A DNA stretch of 64,000 nucleotides from Bacillota bacterium. Lineage in GTDB: Bacteria; Bacillota_I; Bacilli_A; RF39; UBA660. Made by a program: the position numbers and the translations under genes. The notes beneath the pieces are model-generated. The model saw nothing but the letters and a program-made list of their open reading frames with translations. It made no database searches and had not been told where the DNA came from. The stretch covers positions 8,733 through 72,732 of the forward strand of contig JAEWBI010000037.1 in the NCBI GenBank assembly GCA_023391185.1. Direction: 5' to 3'. Position 1 is the stretch's first letter; every line of letters starts with the position of its first letter. This document shows positions 1-9,950 of the stretch, piece by piece.

Positions 1-1
1 T

Positions 2-1054
2 TCTGATAATAATATAAAATTAATAACAGACAGTTCTCAAACTTCATTAGTTTGGGGAATCTCTACAGATTATAAAAATTCTTATGTTAGATCATGGCTA
101 AATGATGAAGATAATGATATAAAGTCATTTTATGAAAGCTTAACAGGTACTAGCGTTTTAGTTAAAACAAAAACTTGTACGGATATTGTTACAGAGAAGA
201 AAATCACTTGTAAAGAATTTGCAGAGGATAATATTGGTTTACTATCTGCATATGAGTATCAACTTGCAGGTGGTGAAGATAGTTATCTTAATATTAAGCA
301 GTATTGGTGGACAAGTAACATTAATAGTGATAAAACAGCATGGTATGTTTATTCAAAAGGTAGTTTAAATGATACTTCCTATTCTGGCACAATGTATTAT
401 AGTTATGGAGTTAGACCAACAATTACTATTAAAGGAACTGCTCAAGTAAAAAATGGTGATGGTAGTAGTGAAACTCCATATAACCTTGATGGTTCAACTT
501 CTAATGTATTAAATGAGAAATATGTTGGAAATTATATAAGTTACAGTAATTATATTTGGAGAATTATAGAAAAAGATGAAGGCTATGTGAAAATTGTTAT
601 GGATGGCGTAATAAAAAATGGTGATGATGATTATTATACATCTTTTGGAAAAAGTAATTATCTTTCAGCAGATTCTACCATCGGTTCTTATTTAAATAAA
701 ACTTTTTATAATAGTTTAACAAATAAGGATTATGTTTTAAAACATAGTTTTTATGCTGGAAGATATGATAATACTAACAAGTATGATTTTAATGAAATTA
801 CAAAGTATAATGAAACATTTAAAATTGGATTATTACAACTTGGTGAATTATTTGTTACAGATGTTCCAAAATATTTTTTATCAACTAGAACAAAGACTAC
901 TGATAACAATATATATCAAGTTTTAGATGATGGTCGTATATATGCTGGTGATTTAACTGATGAATTAAGGCTAAGACCGACACTTTATTTAAAACCTGAG
1001 TTGACAGTAAGCTCAGGAAACGGAACAAAGAAAGAGCCATATATGATAGGGTAG
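2..1054 (+). CDS. 5'-truncated secreted/surface protein with two copies of a W/Y-rich module ending in GVRP/RLRP (DUF6273-like by eye)
   Basis: Frame 2 is open from the window edge into tracked ORF 392..1054 (hand translation SDNNIKLITD...YWWTSNINSDKTAWYVYSKGSLNDTSYSGTMYYSYGVRPTITIKG). A similar motif recurs near the C-terminus (IYQVLDDGRIYAGDLTDELRLRPTLYLKPE). Confidence 0.6.
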   Translation, partial: SDNNIKLITDSSQTSLVWGISTDYKNSYVRSWLNDEDNDIKSFYESLTGTSVLVKTKTCTDIVTEKKITCKEFAEDNIGLLSAYEYQLAGGEDSYLNIKQYWWTSNINSDKTAWYVYSKGSLNDTSYSGTMYYSYGVRPTITIKGTAQVKNGDGSSETPYNLDGSTSNVLNEKYVGNYISYSNYIWRIIEKDEGYVKIVMDGVIKNGDDDYYTSFGKSNYLSADSTIGSYLNKTFYNSLTNKDYVLKHSFYAGRYDNTNKYDFNEITKYNETFKIGLLQLGELFVTDVPKYFLSTRTKTTDNNIYQVLDDGRIYAGDLTDELRLRPTLYLKPELTVSSGNGTKKEPYMIG

Positions 1055-1061
1055 GTGACAT

Positions 1062-2072
1062 ATGAAAAAAAGTATATTTGCATTAGTTGTAATAGATTTT
1101 ATAGTAGCAATATGTTTCTTTTTAACATATGGACCCATAAGTTATTTTAGAAACTTTTTAATAACTACAGCTATGACAACAATGGATCATAAATATTTAG
1201 CAAGAATATTTTATACAGATAAAATGATTAATAAAGTATTAAGTGAAAATACAATAGAAGGTTTTTCTAGCGGTACTGATACTAGTCAAATTACTATAGG
1301 TGGTAGTGATGAAAATACTAAATATGCTTCAAGTTATGAAAAAGAAATACTTGATCACGACAAAAAGGACATATATAAACTTATTGAGTTTGAATATAAT
1401 GGTTATGATGCATATTTAGTGGCAGTGTATGATCCTACTAGAGTAAGTTTGATACAAACAAAGGACATAGGAAATTATGGTCAAACCTTACTTAATATGG
1501 CAAAAGATAATAATGCATTAGTGGCTATTAACGCTGGTGGGTTTGAGGATCCTAATGGACAAGGTAATGGTGGAACACCTATGGGACCTGTTATAAATAA
1601 TGGTAAACTGGTATGGGGAAATGGTAATGCAGTTTCAACTATTTCAGGATTTAATAAAGATGGAGTCTTACTTCTAACTTATGCTTCTGCAAATGATGCA
1701 ATAAAACAAGGGATGAAAGATGCAGTTCAATTTGGTCCATTTTTAATTGTTAATGGAGTATCAGCTACTATTAATGGTAATGGTGGATGGGGAATTAATC
1801 CTCGTACTGTACTTGCTCAAAGAAAAGATGGGATAGTTTTGTTTTTAGTCATAGATGGAAATGGTTCTAATAGATATAATTGGAGTGGTAGAGGTGGAGC
1901 AACACTGAATGATGTTATAGATATATTAGAACGTTATGGAGCGTATAATGCTGTTAATATGGACGGTGGTGCTTCTACTAATTTAATTATTGAAAATAAG
2001 CTATGGAATAATCCTTGTGCAATTAGTCCAACAGGAGAAAGAGAACTTCCAAATGGATGGATGGTAAAGTGA
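1062..2072 (+). CDS. phosphodiester glycosidase family protein (DUF2233/NAGPA-like), N-terminal membrane anchor
   Basis: 336-aa ORF with RBS GGTAGGTGA upstream. N-terminal TM segment, then AINAGGF...GPFLIVNG...NMDGGAS motifs typical of this family. Confidence 0.7.
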   Translation: MKKSIFALVVIDFIVAICFFLTYGPISYFRNFLITTAMTTMDHKYLARIFYTDKMINKVLSENTIEGFSSGTDTSQITIGGSDENTKYASSYEKEILDHDKKDIYKLIEFEYNGYDAYLVAVYDPTRVSLIQTKDIGNYGQTLLNMAKDNNALVAINAGGFEDPNGQGNGGTPMGPVINNGKLVWGNGNAVSTISGFNKDGVLLLTYASANDAIKQGMKDAVQFGPFLIVNGVSATINGNGGWGINPRTVLAQRKDGIVLFLVIDGNGSNRYNWSGRGGATLNDVIDILERYGAYNAVNMDGGASTNLIIENKLWNNPCAISPTGERELPNGWMVK

Positions 2073-2179
2073 TACTTATGTATCGCTTTTTTTATATTTA
2101 AAGGAATATCTTTCAACTTTTACTGTTATACACTTTAAAAAAAGGTCGTTTTTTGGTAGAATATATAGAAGGTGATAAT

Positions 2180-5100
2180 ATGCATGAAAAATTGAAACTA
2201 CTTTTAGAACAAATAAATATGCCTAATGAATTTTATTCATTTTTTAAAGATGGGAATCTTGATAAAATAGCTATTTCAAAAAAAGATAATAATGTTAATT
2301 TTTTTGTAACATTAGATAAAATACTACCTATAGAGATTTATGTAAAGTTTTGTAATTTAGTAAGCAATCATTTTAATATGTATGAAGAAACAAATGTTAT
2401 TATAACTGCTGTAAATAAAGAATATGATTTGCTTTCGGATTACTATAATTATTTAATTGAAGAATATAGTGTTGATTTTCCATTATTACAAATGTTCTCA
2501 GGAATTGCCAATAAAGTAGAAAACAATATCCTTTATCTTGAAGTAAGTAATAAAGCAGAAGAAATGAAACTTACAAGTATAAAAGATAAGTTAATTACTG
2601 ATTTGATAAAGATTGGTTATAATGATATTAGCATAGAAATCAATATTAATGAAGAAGCAAGAAATGCTATTCTTAAACAAATTGAGGAAGAAAAAGAAAA
2701 AGAACAGATGGTTCTTAAAGAAGAAGCAGAAAAAAAGAATGCAATTATAAAAGGATATGCATTTGATGGTGAAGCAAAAAATATAGGTGACTTAAATTAC
2801 GAAGCAAATAATGTAATAATTGAAGCGAAAATTTTTGGTATCGAGACTAAAGAAACACCTAAAATAAATATAATAACTTTAAAAGTTACTGATTATACAG
2901 ATAGTATATTCGTAAAGGTTTTTGAGCGGGATACTGATGCATACAATAAGCTTGTTAAAAGTTTAAAACCAGGCAATTGGTTTAAAATGCGTGGTAGAGT
3001 TCAAGATGATGCATATTCAAAAGAACTTGTTATGATGGTAAATGATATAGTAAGTATTAAACATGAAGACGGTAAAAAAATAGTTGATGATGAAATAGAA
3101 AAAAGAGTTGAACTTCACACACATACTAAGATGAGCCAAATGGATGGAGTAGTAGAAGAGGTAGAATTAATAAAAAAAGCTATTTCATGGGGACACAAAG
3201 GAATAGCAATTACAGATCATAATGGTTGCCAAGCTTTTCCACATGCATTTAGTACTGTAACAGAATACAATAAAAAAGTAGAAAAACCGGAAGACAAATT
3301 CAAGGTTATTTATGGTACAGAATTAACAATGGTTGATGATGAAGTTTATACTATCATAAGAGGTAATGACAGTAAACTTGATGAAAATATATATGTTATA
3401 TTTGACGTTGAAACAACAGGATTTAATGCCGGACTTAGTGATCAAATGATTGAAATTGGCGCAGTCAAAATGAAAGATGGAGAAATTACTGAAAGATTTG
3501 ATGAACTTATTAATCCGGGATACCCAATAGATTCTGAAATTACTGAAGTAACTTCAATTACGAATGCTATGCTAGTTGGAAAACCCAATGAAGAAGAAGT
3601 AGTTAAAAGATTCAAAGATTTCATTGGTGATTTACCTCTTGTTGCCCATAATGCAAAATTTGATATATCTATGTTAGAGATGGCTTATTATAAGTATAAT
3701 TTAGGTGTTCTTAATAATCCTGTTATTGATACACTTGAAATATCTCGTACGATGGATAGAGATTACGCAAAACATAGTTTATCTGCACTAGTTAAAAGAT
3801 ATGCAATTCCTTTTGATGAAGCTCATCATCATAGAGCGGATTATGATGCAGAAGGAACTGGTTATATCTTTTGTAAAATGATTAAAAAAATGCAATCTAT
3901 GGGAATCCAAACATTAAACGATATAAATAAACTTTATACTAAGGAAGAAGCACATAAGTTTTCTAGGGAGTACCACATAAATATATTAGCTCTTAACAAG
4001 GTTGGCTTAAAGAACTTATTTAAGTTGGTCAGTCTTGCTAATACGACTTATTTATCAAAAGTTCCAAAAATTCCTAGAAAAGTAATTGAAGAGAATCGTG
4101 ATGGAATTTTAATAGGAAGTGGTTGCTATAGAGGTGAAGCCTTTTATGTGGCAAGTACTAGAACTGAAGAAGTATTAACAGATGTCATAAAGTTTTATGA
4201 TTATGTTGAAGTACAGCCACCAGAAGTTTACGGACATTTAGTTTGGGGACATGATTTAAACAGTGATAAAGATGTTAAAGATTGTATAAAGAAGATAATT
4301 AAATGTACAAAAGAAGCAGGGAAAATTATTATTGCTACTGGTGATGTACATCATCTTTCAAGAGATGATAAATTGTATCGTGAGATTATTGTTAATCAAA
4401 AAGTTCCAGGAGGCGGTAGACATCCACTTGCGAGGGTTCTTGATAGAAATCAAAAAATATCAAGCCAACATTTTAGAACGACAACAGAGATGCTATCAGA
4501 TTTTAGTTTTTTAGATAATGATTTACGTAAGGAAATAGTTATTGATAATCCTAACAAAATACTTGATATGGCTGAAGAAATAGAAGTAATTATTGATACT
4601 GGAGGAGTGCCATTTTCTCCAATAATAGATAAATCAGTTGAAACTGTTACTACATTAGTGTTTGATAAGGCTAAAGAATGGTATGGTTCACCATTACCAC
4701 TTAATATTGAGGAACGTATTGCTAAAGAATTATACGGCGACATATTATATAATTGCATAAAAGAAGAATTAATTGAAGAAGAAAAACTATCAGAATTAGA
4801 TTTAGAGGCTGCTGTTTTTAATAAAGTTCATGAAATAATTCTTCAGGGAAAAGATGCTGTAAAAGATATAGTAAGAAAAAATATAATTAAACATGATGAA
4901 GAAGGATTGGATGAAAAAAGCTTAGAAAAAAAGGTAAATAAATCTTTAGGTGGAATAATTGGTGGCGGATTTGACGTTATTTATTTAATTGCCCAAAAAC
5001 TGGTATATCATTCAAATGAAGATGGTTACCTAGTAGGTTCAAGAGGTTCAGTAGGTTCTTCCTTTGTAGCGACAATGATGGGAATTACTGAAGTCAATCC

Positions 5101-6739
5101 TCTTCCTGCTCACTATAGGTGCTTAAAGTGCAAGTTGAGTATTTTTGATGATGAAAATAATAAACCGTTAGGAGCAGAGTATTCTTCAGGATTTGACTTG
5201 CCTGATAAAGTCTGTCCAAACTGTGGTGAAAGACTATTTAAAGATGGTCAGGATATGCCATTTGCTACATTTTTAGGATTTAATGCTGATAAGGTTCCAG
5301 ATATAGATCTTAACTTCTCTGATTTAAACCAAGCTGCAGCACATGAATACACAAAAGTATTGTTTGGTGAAGATAATGTTTATAGAGCTGGAACAATAGG
5401 AACTGTAGCTGATAAAACTGCCTATGGATTTGTAAAAGGATTTTATGAAGATCGTGGAATAGTAAAAAGAAGTGCAGAAATTGAAAGATTAGCAGCTGGA
5501 TGTACTGGTGTAAAAAGAACAACTGGTCAGCATCCTGGTGGTATAGTTGTTATACCAGGATATATGGATGTATTTGACTTTACCCCATATCAGTTTCCTG
5601 CTGATGATAGTACAGCAGCATGGAAAACTACACATTTTGATTATCATGCAATTGATCAAGATGTACTAAAACTTGATATATTAGGACATTCTGATCCAAC
5701 ACAACTTCGTATGATTCAAGATTTAACTGGTATAGATGTAACAAAGGTACCTTTAGATGATAAAGAGACAATGGCAATATTCTTATCACCTGAACCTTTG
5801 GGGGTAACAAGAGAACAAATAATGTGTGAAACTGGAACAATAGGAATACCAGAATTTGGAACGCCGTTTACAATAGGAATGCTTGTTGATACAAAACCTA
5901 AAACATTTTCAGAACTTATAAAAATTTCTGGACTTTCACATGGTACTGATGTATGGCTTGGAAATGCTCAAGAACTTATTAGAAATAATATTGTGCCTTT
6001 TAAAGAAGTTATCGGTTGTCGTGATGATATAATGGTTTATCTAATGTATAATGGCGTAAAACCTATTAAAGCTTTTAAAATAATGGAGTTTGTTCGTAAA
6101 GGTAAAGCAAGTAAAGAAGCAGATGCTTGGAAAGAACATGTTCAAACTATGCGTGAGGCAGGAATAGCAGAATGGTTTATTGATTCCTGTGCTAAAATAA
6201 AATACATGTTTCCAAAAGCCCATGCTGCTGCATATGTTATAAGTGCATTTAGAATAGCATATTTTAAAGTCCATTATCCAGCAGTTTATTATGCATCTTA
6301 TTTGACTTCTCGTATAGATGATTTTGATATTGATGTTATGATAAAAGGATATAATTCTATTAGAAATAAAATAATAGAAATTAATAACAAAGGATATGAT
6401 GCTACAAATAAAGAGAGTTCAATACTTGATACTCTTAAAATTGCTCTTGAAGCAACAGCTAGAGGAATTAAATTTGGTAAAATAGATATTATGAATAGTC
6501 ATTCTACTCATTTCTTAATCTCTGAAGATGGAAAAACTATTATTCCACCATTTAGAACACTAGATGGATTAGGAGATAATGTTGCTAATAAAATAGTAGA
6601 AGAAAGACAGATTAGACCTTTCATAAGTATTGAAGATTTCCAAAAGAGAGGAAAAGTATCGGGAACATTAATTGATAAAATGCGTACTATGGGCATATTA
6701 GATGGCATGGATGAATCAAGTCAGTTATCTTTATTTTAA
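2180..6739 (+). CDS. polC: DNA polymerase III alpha subunit, PolC type
   Basis: Full-length PolC architecture: PHP (ELHTHTKMSQMDG), inserted DEDDh exonuclease (FDVETTG...HNAKFD...HRADYDA), Zn-finger (CLKCK...CPNCG), GSRGSVGSS and KFDILGH-type polymerase core. ATG at 2180 follows RBS GAAGGTGA; the track's upstream TTG start is less likely. Confidence 0.97.
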   Translation: MHEKLKLLLEQINMPNEFYSFFKDGNLDKIAISKKDNNVNFFVTLDKILPIEIYVKFCNLVSNHFNMYEETNVIITAVNKEYDLLSDYYNYLIEEYSVDFPLLQMFSGIANKVENNILYLEVSNKAEEMKLTSIKDKLITDLIKIGYNDISIEININEEARNAILKQIEEEKEKEQMVLKEEAEKKNAIIKGYAFDGEAKNIGDLNYEANNVIIEAKIFGIETKETPKINIITLKVTDYTDSIFVKVFERDTDAYNKLVKSLKPGNWFKMRGRVQDDAYSKELVMMVNDIVSIKHEDGKKIVDDEIEKRVELHTHTKMSQMDGVVEEVELIKKAISWGHKGIAITDHNGCQAFPHAFSTVTEYNKKVEKPEDKFKVIYGTELTMVDDEVYTIIRGNDSKLDENIYVIFDVETTGFNAGLSDQMIEIGAVKMKDGEITERFDELINPGYPIDSEITEVTSITNAMLVGKPNEEEVVKRFKDFIGDLPLVAHNAKFDISMLEMAYYKYNLGVLNNPVIDTLEISRTMDRDYAKHSLSALVKRYAIPFDEAHHHRADYDAEGTGYIFCKMIKKMQSMGIQTLNDINKLYTKEEAHKFSREYHINILALNKVGLKNLFKLVSLANTTYLSKVPKIPRKVIEENRDGILIGSGCYRGEAFYVASTRTEEVLTDVIKFYDYVEVQPPEVYGHLVWGHDLNSDKDVKDCIKKIIKCTKEAGKIIIATGDVHHLSRDDKLYREIIVNQKVPGGGRHPLARVLDRNQKISSQHFRTTTEMLSDFSFLDNDLRKEIVIDNPNKILDMAEEIEVIIDTGGVPFSPIIDKSVETVTTLVFDKAKEWYGSPLPLNIEERIAKELYGDILYNCIKEELIEEEKLSELDLEAAVFNKVHEIILQGKDAVKDIVRKNIIKHDEEGLDEKSLEKKVNKSLGGIIGGGFDVIYLIAQKLVYHSNEDGYLVGSRGSVGSSFVATMMGITEVNPLPAHYRCLKCKLSIFDDENNKPLGAEYSSGFDLPDKVCPNCGERLFKDGQDMPFATFLGFNADKVPDIDLNFSDLNQAAAHEYTKVLFGEDNVYRAGTIGTVADKTAYGFVKGFYEDRGIVKRSAEIERLAAGCTGVKRTTGQHPGGIVVIPGYMDVFDFTPYQFPADDSTAAWKTTHFDYHAIDQDVLKLDILGHSDPTQLRMIQDLTGIDVTKVPLDDKETMAIFLSPEPLGVTREQIMCETGTIGIPEFGTPFTIGMLVDTKPKTFSELIKISGLSHGTDVWLGNAQELIRNNIVPFKEVIGCRDDIMVYLMYNGVKPIKAFKIMEFVRKGKASKEADAWKEHVQTMREAGIAEWFIDSCAKIKYMFPKAHAAAYVISAFRIAYFKVHYPAVYYASYLTSRIDDFDIDVMIKGYNSIRNKIIEINNKGYDATNKESSILDTLKIALEATARGIKFGKIDIMNSHSTHFLISEDGKTIIPPFRTLDGLGDNVANKIVEERQIRPFISIEDFQKRGKVSGTLIDKMRTMGILDGMDESSQLSLF

Positions 6740-6848
6740 GTATATAATAAAAGAACACAGAATAATTATTTCTATGTTCTTTTCCTTATATATATTTATA
6801 ACAATTTCTATATATGGTATAATAATTGAATAATGAGGAGGTTTTTAA

Positions 6849-9440
6849 ATGGAAAAAATTATATTAGTAGATGGTAATAATTTACTTTTTAGAAGTTACT
6901 ATGCAACTGCATATAATGGTAATTTTATGAAGAATAGTAAAGGATTTCCAACTAATGGATTATTTGGATTTATCAATATGATAAACAAAATAGTTCTAGA
7001 GGAAAAACCTATATATATGATAGTAGCTTTTGATAAAGGGAAAACATTCAGACACGATAAATATGATTCTTATAAAGATGGTAGAATAGAAACCCCTAAT
7101 GAATTAAAATTACAGTTTCCTATCGCAAAAGAACTTTTGACATGCATGGGAATAAAGTATTATGAAATAGATAACTATGAAGCTGATGATATTATTGGTA
7201 CATTTGCTGAATATTGTAATAAAGATAGTGATTATATTGGAACTATAATCAGTAGTGATAAAGATTTATTACAGCTTATCAGTAGTGATGTAGATATAAA
7301 ATTATTAAAATCTAAAGATTATATTCGTTATAACGAAGAAACATTCAAAGAAGAATATGGAATAGATCCAATTAGAATTGTCGATTTAAAAGCATTAATG
7401 GGTGATAGTTCAGATAATATTCCCGGTGTAAAAGGAATTGGAGAAAAAACTGCATTGAAACTTTTACAAGAATATAAATCCTTAGATGGTATCTATGAAA
7501 ACATCGATAATATTAAAGGTGCAGTAAAAGAAAAACTAATAAATGATAAAGAAAATGCATATATGAGTTATGATCTTGCAACAATAGTAAGAAATGTACC
7601 GGTAGATATAAATTTAAATGATATAAAATATGAAGGACCTAAACATCAAGAATTAAATAAAATGTATGAAAATTTAGAATTTTATTCTTTTTTAAAAAAG
7701 GACTCAGTACCAGTAGCAAGTATTAAACCAACAAGTATTAAGGTTATTGAAAATGTTGATGAAATAAATATTACTAAACCATGCGCAGTATATTTAGAAA
7801 TTCTAGGTTCTAATTATCATACAGCAGAAATACTTGGTATGGCAGTATATAATAATGAAGATAGTTTTTATATACCATTGTCATTATTAAAAGATAGTCT
7901 TTTAAAATTAGACAGTATTAAAAAATATACTTATGATTTAAAGAAGTTATATGTAGCATTAAAGAAAAAAAATATAGTTATAAACAATATTTCTTTCGAT
8001 ACTATGCTTGCTGCATATTTGCTTGATTATAATGTTAAAGATGATATAGCATATATTGCTAATAACTTTGATGCTGATATTCCTTTTTATGAGAAAGTAT
8101 ATGGAAAGAATAATAAATTTACTAGTCCAACAGATGATGTTATTGCATATAACACGATTATGAAAGCAAAATTTATATATGAGACATATGATAAATTTTA
8201 TGATAAATTATTTGAAGAGAAGGAATTAGATTTATTAGAAAAAATAGAAATGCCTCTTAGTTATGTGCTTGGTGATATGGAATATGATGGCGTTTGTGTT
8301 GACATAAATAAGCTTGATGATATGGGTGAAGAAATAACTATTAAACTTGATTTATTAAGTAATGATATCTATAATTATGCTGGAGTAAAGTTTAATATTT
8401 CATCACCATCACAATTAGGTGAAGTGTTATTTGAAAAATTAAATTTACCACATGGAAAGAAACTAAAAACAGGTTATTCTACTTCAGTAGATGTTCTTGA
8501 AAAGTTAAAAGGCAAGCATCCAATAATAGATTTAATTATGGAATATAGAACTCTATCAAAATTATATTCAACATATGTTGAAGGACTAAAACCTTGTATT
8601 GCAGAAGACGGCAAGATACATACAATATATACTCAAGCAACTACTAGAACAGGCAGACTTTCTTCTATTGAACCAAATTTACAAAATATTCCAATTAGAT
8701 ATGAGTACGGAAGATTAATAAGAAAAGCTTTTGTACCAAGAAAAAACAGTATCATATTAAGTGGTGATTATTCTCAAATAGAACTTAGAATCCTTTCTCA
8801 CATGGCAAATGTAGAAACATTGATTAATGCTTTTAAACAAGGATTAGATATACACACAAAAACAGCAAGCGATATATTTAAAGTTGATATTGAAAATGTA
8901 ACTAAGGATCAAAGAAGACTAGCGAAAGCTGTTAATTTTGGAATAATATATGGAATAAGTCCATATGGATTATCTGAGAATACAGGCATATCTATGTCAG
9001 AGGCAAAAGAGTTTATTGATAACTATTTTATGTCTTATCCTGGAATAAAAGAGTACATGGACTCAATTGTCAAGGAAGCTTATGAAAATAAATTTGTTAC
9101 TACTTTACTAAATAGAAAAAGAGTAATAAACGAACTTTCTAATTCTAATTATATGATTAGACAACAAGGGGAACGAATAGCCCTTAATACGCCAATTCAA
9201 GGTACTAGTGCAGATATCATAAAAAAAGCTATGGTTGAAATACATAGAGCGTTTATTGATAAAAAAATCAAAAGTAAACTTATTATCCAAGTACATGACG
9301 AACTTGTTCTTGATGTAATTAAAGAAGAAAAAGAATTAGTAACTGAAATAGTAACTAATATTATGGAAAATACGTTTAAGCTAAATGTTCCATTAAAAGT
9401 TGATATTGAATTTGGAAATAATTGGTACGAGGCTAAATAA
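6849..9440 (+). CDS. polA: DNA polymerase I
   Basis: 5'-nuclease domain (ILVDGNNLLFRSYYA, GDSSDNIPGVKGIGEKTA) plus family-A polymerase motifs (DYSQIELRIL, RRLAKAVNFGIIYG, QVHDELV). RBS GAGGAGG precedes the start. Confidence 0.95.
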   Translation: MEKIILVDGNNLLFRSYYATAYNGNFMKNSKGFPTNGLFGFINMINKIVLEEKPIYMIVAFDKGKTFRHDKYDSYKDGRIETPNELKLQFPIAKELLTCMGIKYYEIDNYEADDIIGTFAEYCNKDSDYIGTIISSDKDLLQLISSDVDIKLLKSKDYIRYNEETFKEEYGIDPIRIVDLKALMGDSSDNIPGVKGIGEKTALKLLQEYKSLDGIYENIDNIKGAVKEKLINDKENAYMSYDLATIVRNVPVDINLNDIKYEGPKHQELNKMYENLEFYSFLKKDSVPVASIKPTSIKVIENVDEINITKPCAVYLEILGSNYHTAEILGMAVYNNEDSFYIPLSLLKDSLLKLDSIKKYTYDLKKLYVALKKKNIVINNISFDTMLAAYLLDYNVKDDIAYIANNFDADIPFYEKVYGKNNKFTSPTDDVIAYNTIMKAKFIYETYDKFYDKLFEEKELDLLEKIEMPLSYVLGDMEYDGVCVDINKLDDMGEEITIKLDLLSNDIYNYAGVKFNISSPSQLGEVLFEKLNLPHGKKLKTGYSTSVDVLEKLKGKHPIIDLIMEYRTLSKLYSTYVEGLKPCIAEDGKIHTIYTQATTRTGRLSSIEPNLQNIPIRYEYGRLIRKAFVPRKNSIILSGDYSQIELRILSHMANVETLINAFKQGLDIHTKTASDIFKVDIENVTKDQRRLAKAVNFGIIYGISPYGLSENTGISMSEAKEFIDNYFMSYPGIKEYMDSIVKEAYENKFVTTLLNRKRVINELSNSNYMIRQQGERIALNTPIQGTSADIIKKAMVEIHRAFIDKKIKSKLIIQVHDELVLDVIKEEKELVTEIVTNIMENTFKLNVPLKVDIEFGNNWYEAK

Positions 9441-9460
9441 TTATATAAAAGGAGTTAAAC

Positions 9461-9841
9461 ATGTTAAAATCTATAATATATTCATTAAGATATATGGTAT
9501 TAATAGTGATATTCTATTACATATTTCAATTAAAAATAATTTATGCACCTAATATTCTAATGATAGCAATAATTCCAGTTAATTTTCTTGCTATTCATTA
9601 TGGTATACTTTATCAAATTGAAAAAGATCATTATGTAACAAAATATTATATACTTATGTCTTTAATATTGATGACTACGCTTTTTAATTTATTATTCTTA
9701 TCTCTAAATAACGTTAATATGTTTGTTGTAGTTTTTACAATATTTGTTAATGCATTAGAATTAATATATCTTGATTTACCAACAAATTCTAAAATTAAGA
9801 TTAGTTTAAAGAAAAAGATAAATAATAAAATTAAAAAATAA
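9461..9841 (+). CDS. small polytopic membrane protein, unknown function
   Basis: 126-aa ORF with RBS AAGGAG 7 nt upstream, four hydrophobic segments, followed by a hairpin terminator. Confidence 0.5.
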   Translation: MLKSIIYSLRYMVLIVIFYYIFQLKIIYAPNILMIAIIPVNFLAIHYGILYQIEKDHYVTKYYILMSLILMTTLFNLLFLSLNNVNMFVVVFTIFVNALELIYLDLPTNSKIKISLKKKINNKIKK

Positions 9842-9950
9842 AATGTTAAAAAAAGAAAAGTTAGAAATAACTTTTCTTTTTCACTAAATTTTCACCTTAA
9901 AGATTTTACTAATATATTTTATAATGTTATAATGACAGGGTGGTGATATT

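Noticed and set aside
186-368. Tracked 60-aa ORF near the window start
   Set aside because: It lies out of frame inside a longer open frame (frame 2) that runs uninterrupted from the window edge into ORF 392..1054. The longer frame has protein-like, repeated motifs, so this ORF is a shadow.
3442-6708. Several 60-100-aa minus-strand ORFs inside polC (3442-3624, 4450-4758, 5310-5522, 5628-5840, 6041-6274, 6508-6708)
   Set aside because: They are antisense shadows within a strongly supported conserved gene. The translations are low-complexity (S/I/L-rich) and there are no RBSs.
9842-9950. Possible regulatory RNA between the small membrane gene and the LCP gene
   Set aside because: Only a simple terminator hairpin (AGAAAAGTT...AACTTTTCT plus Ts) and a promoter-like AT-rich stretch are present, with no conserved riboswitch motifs.
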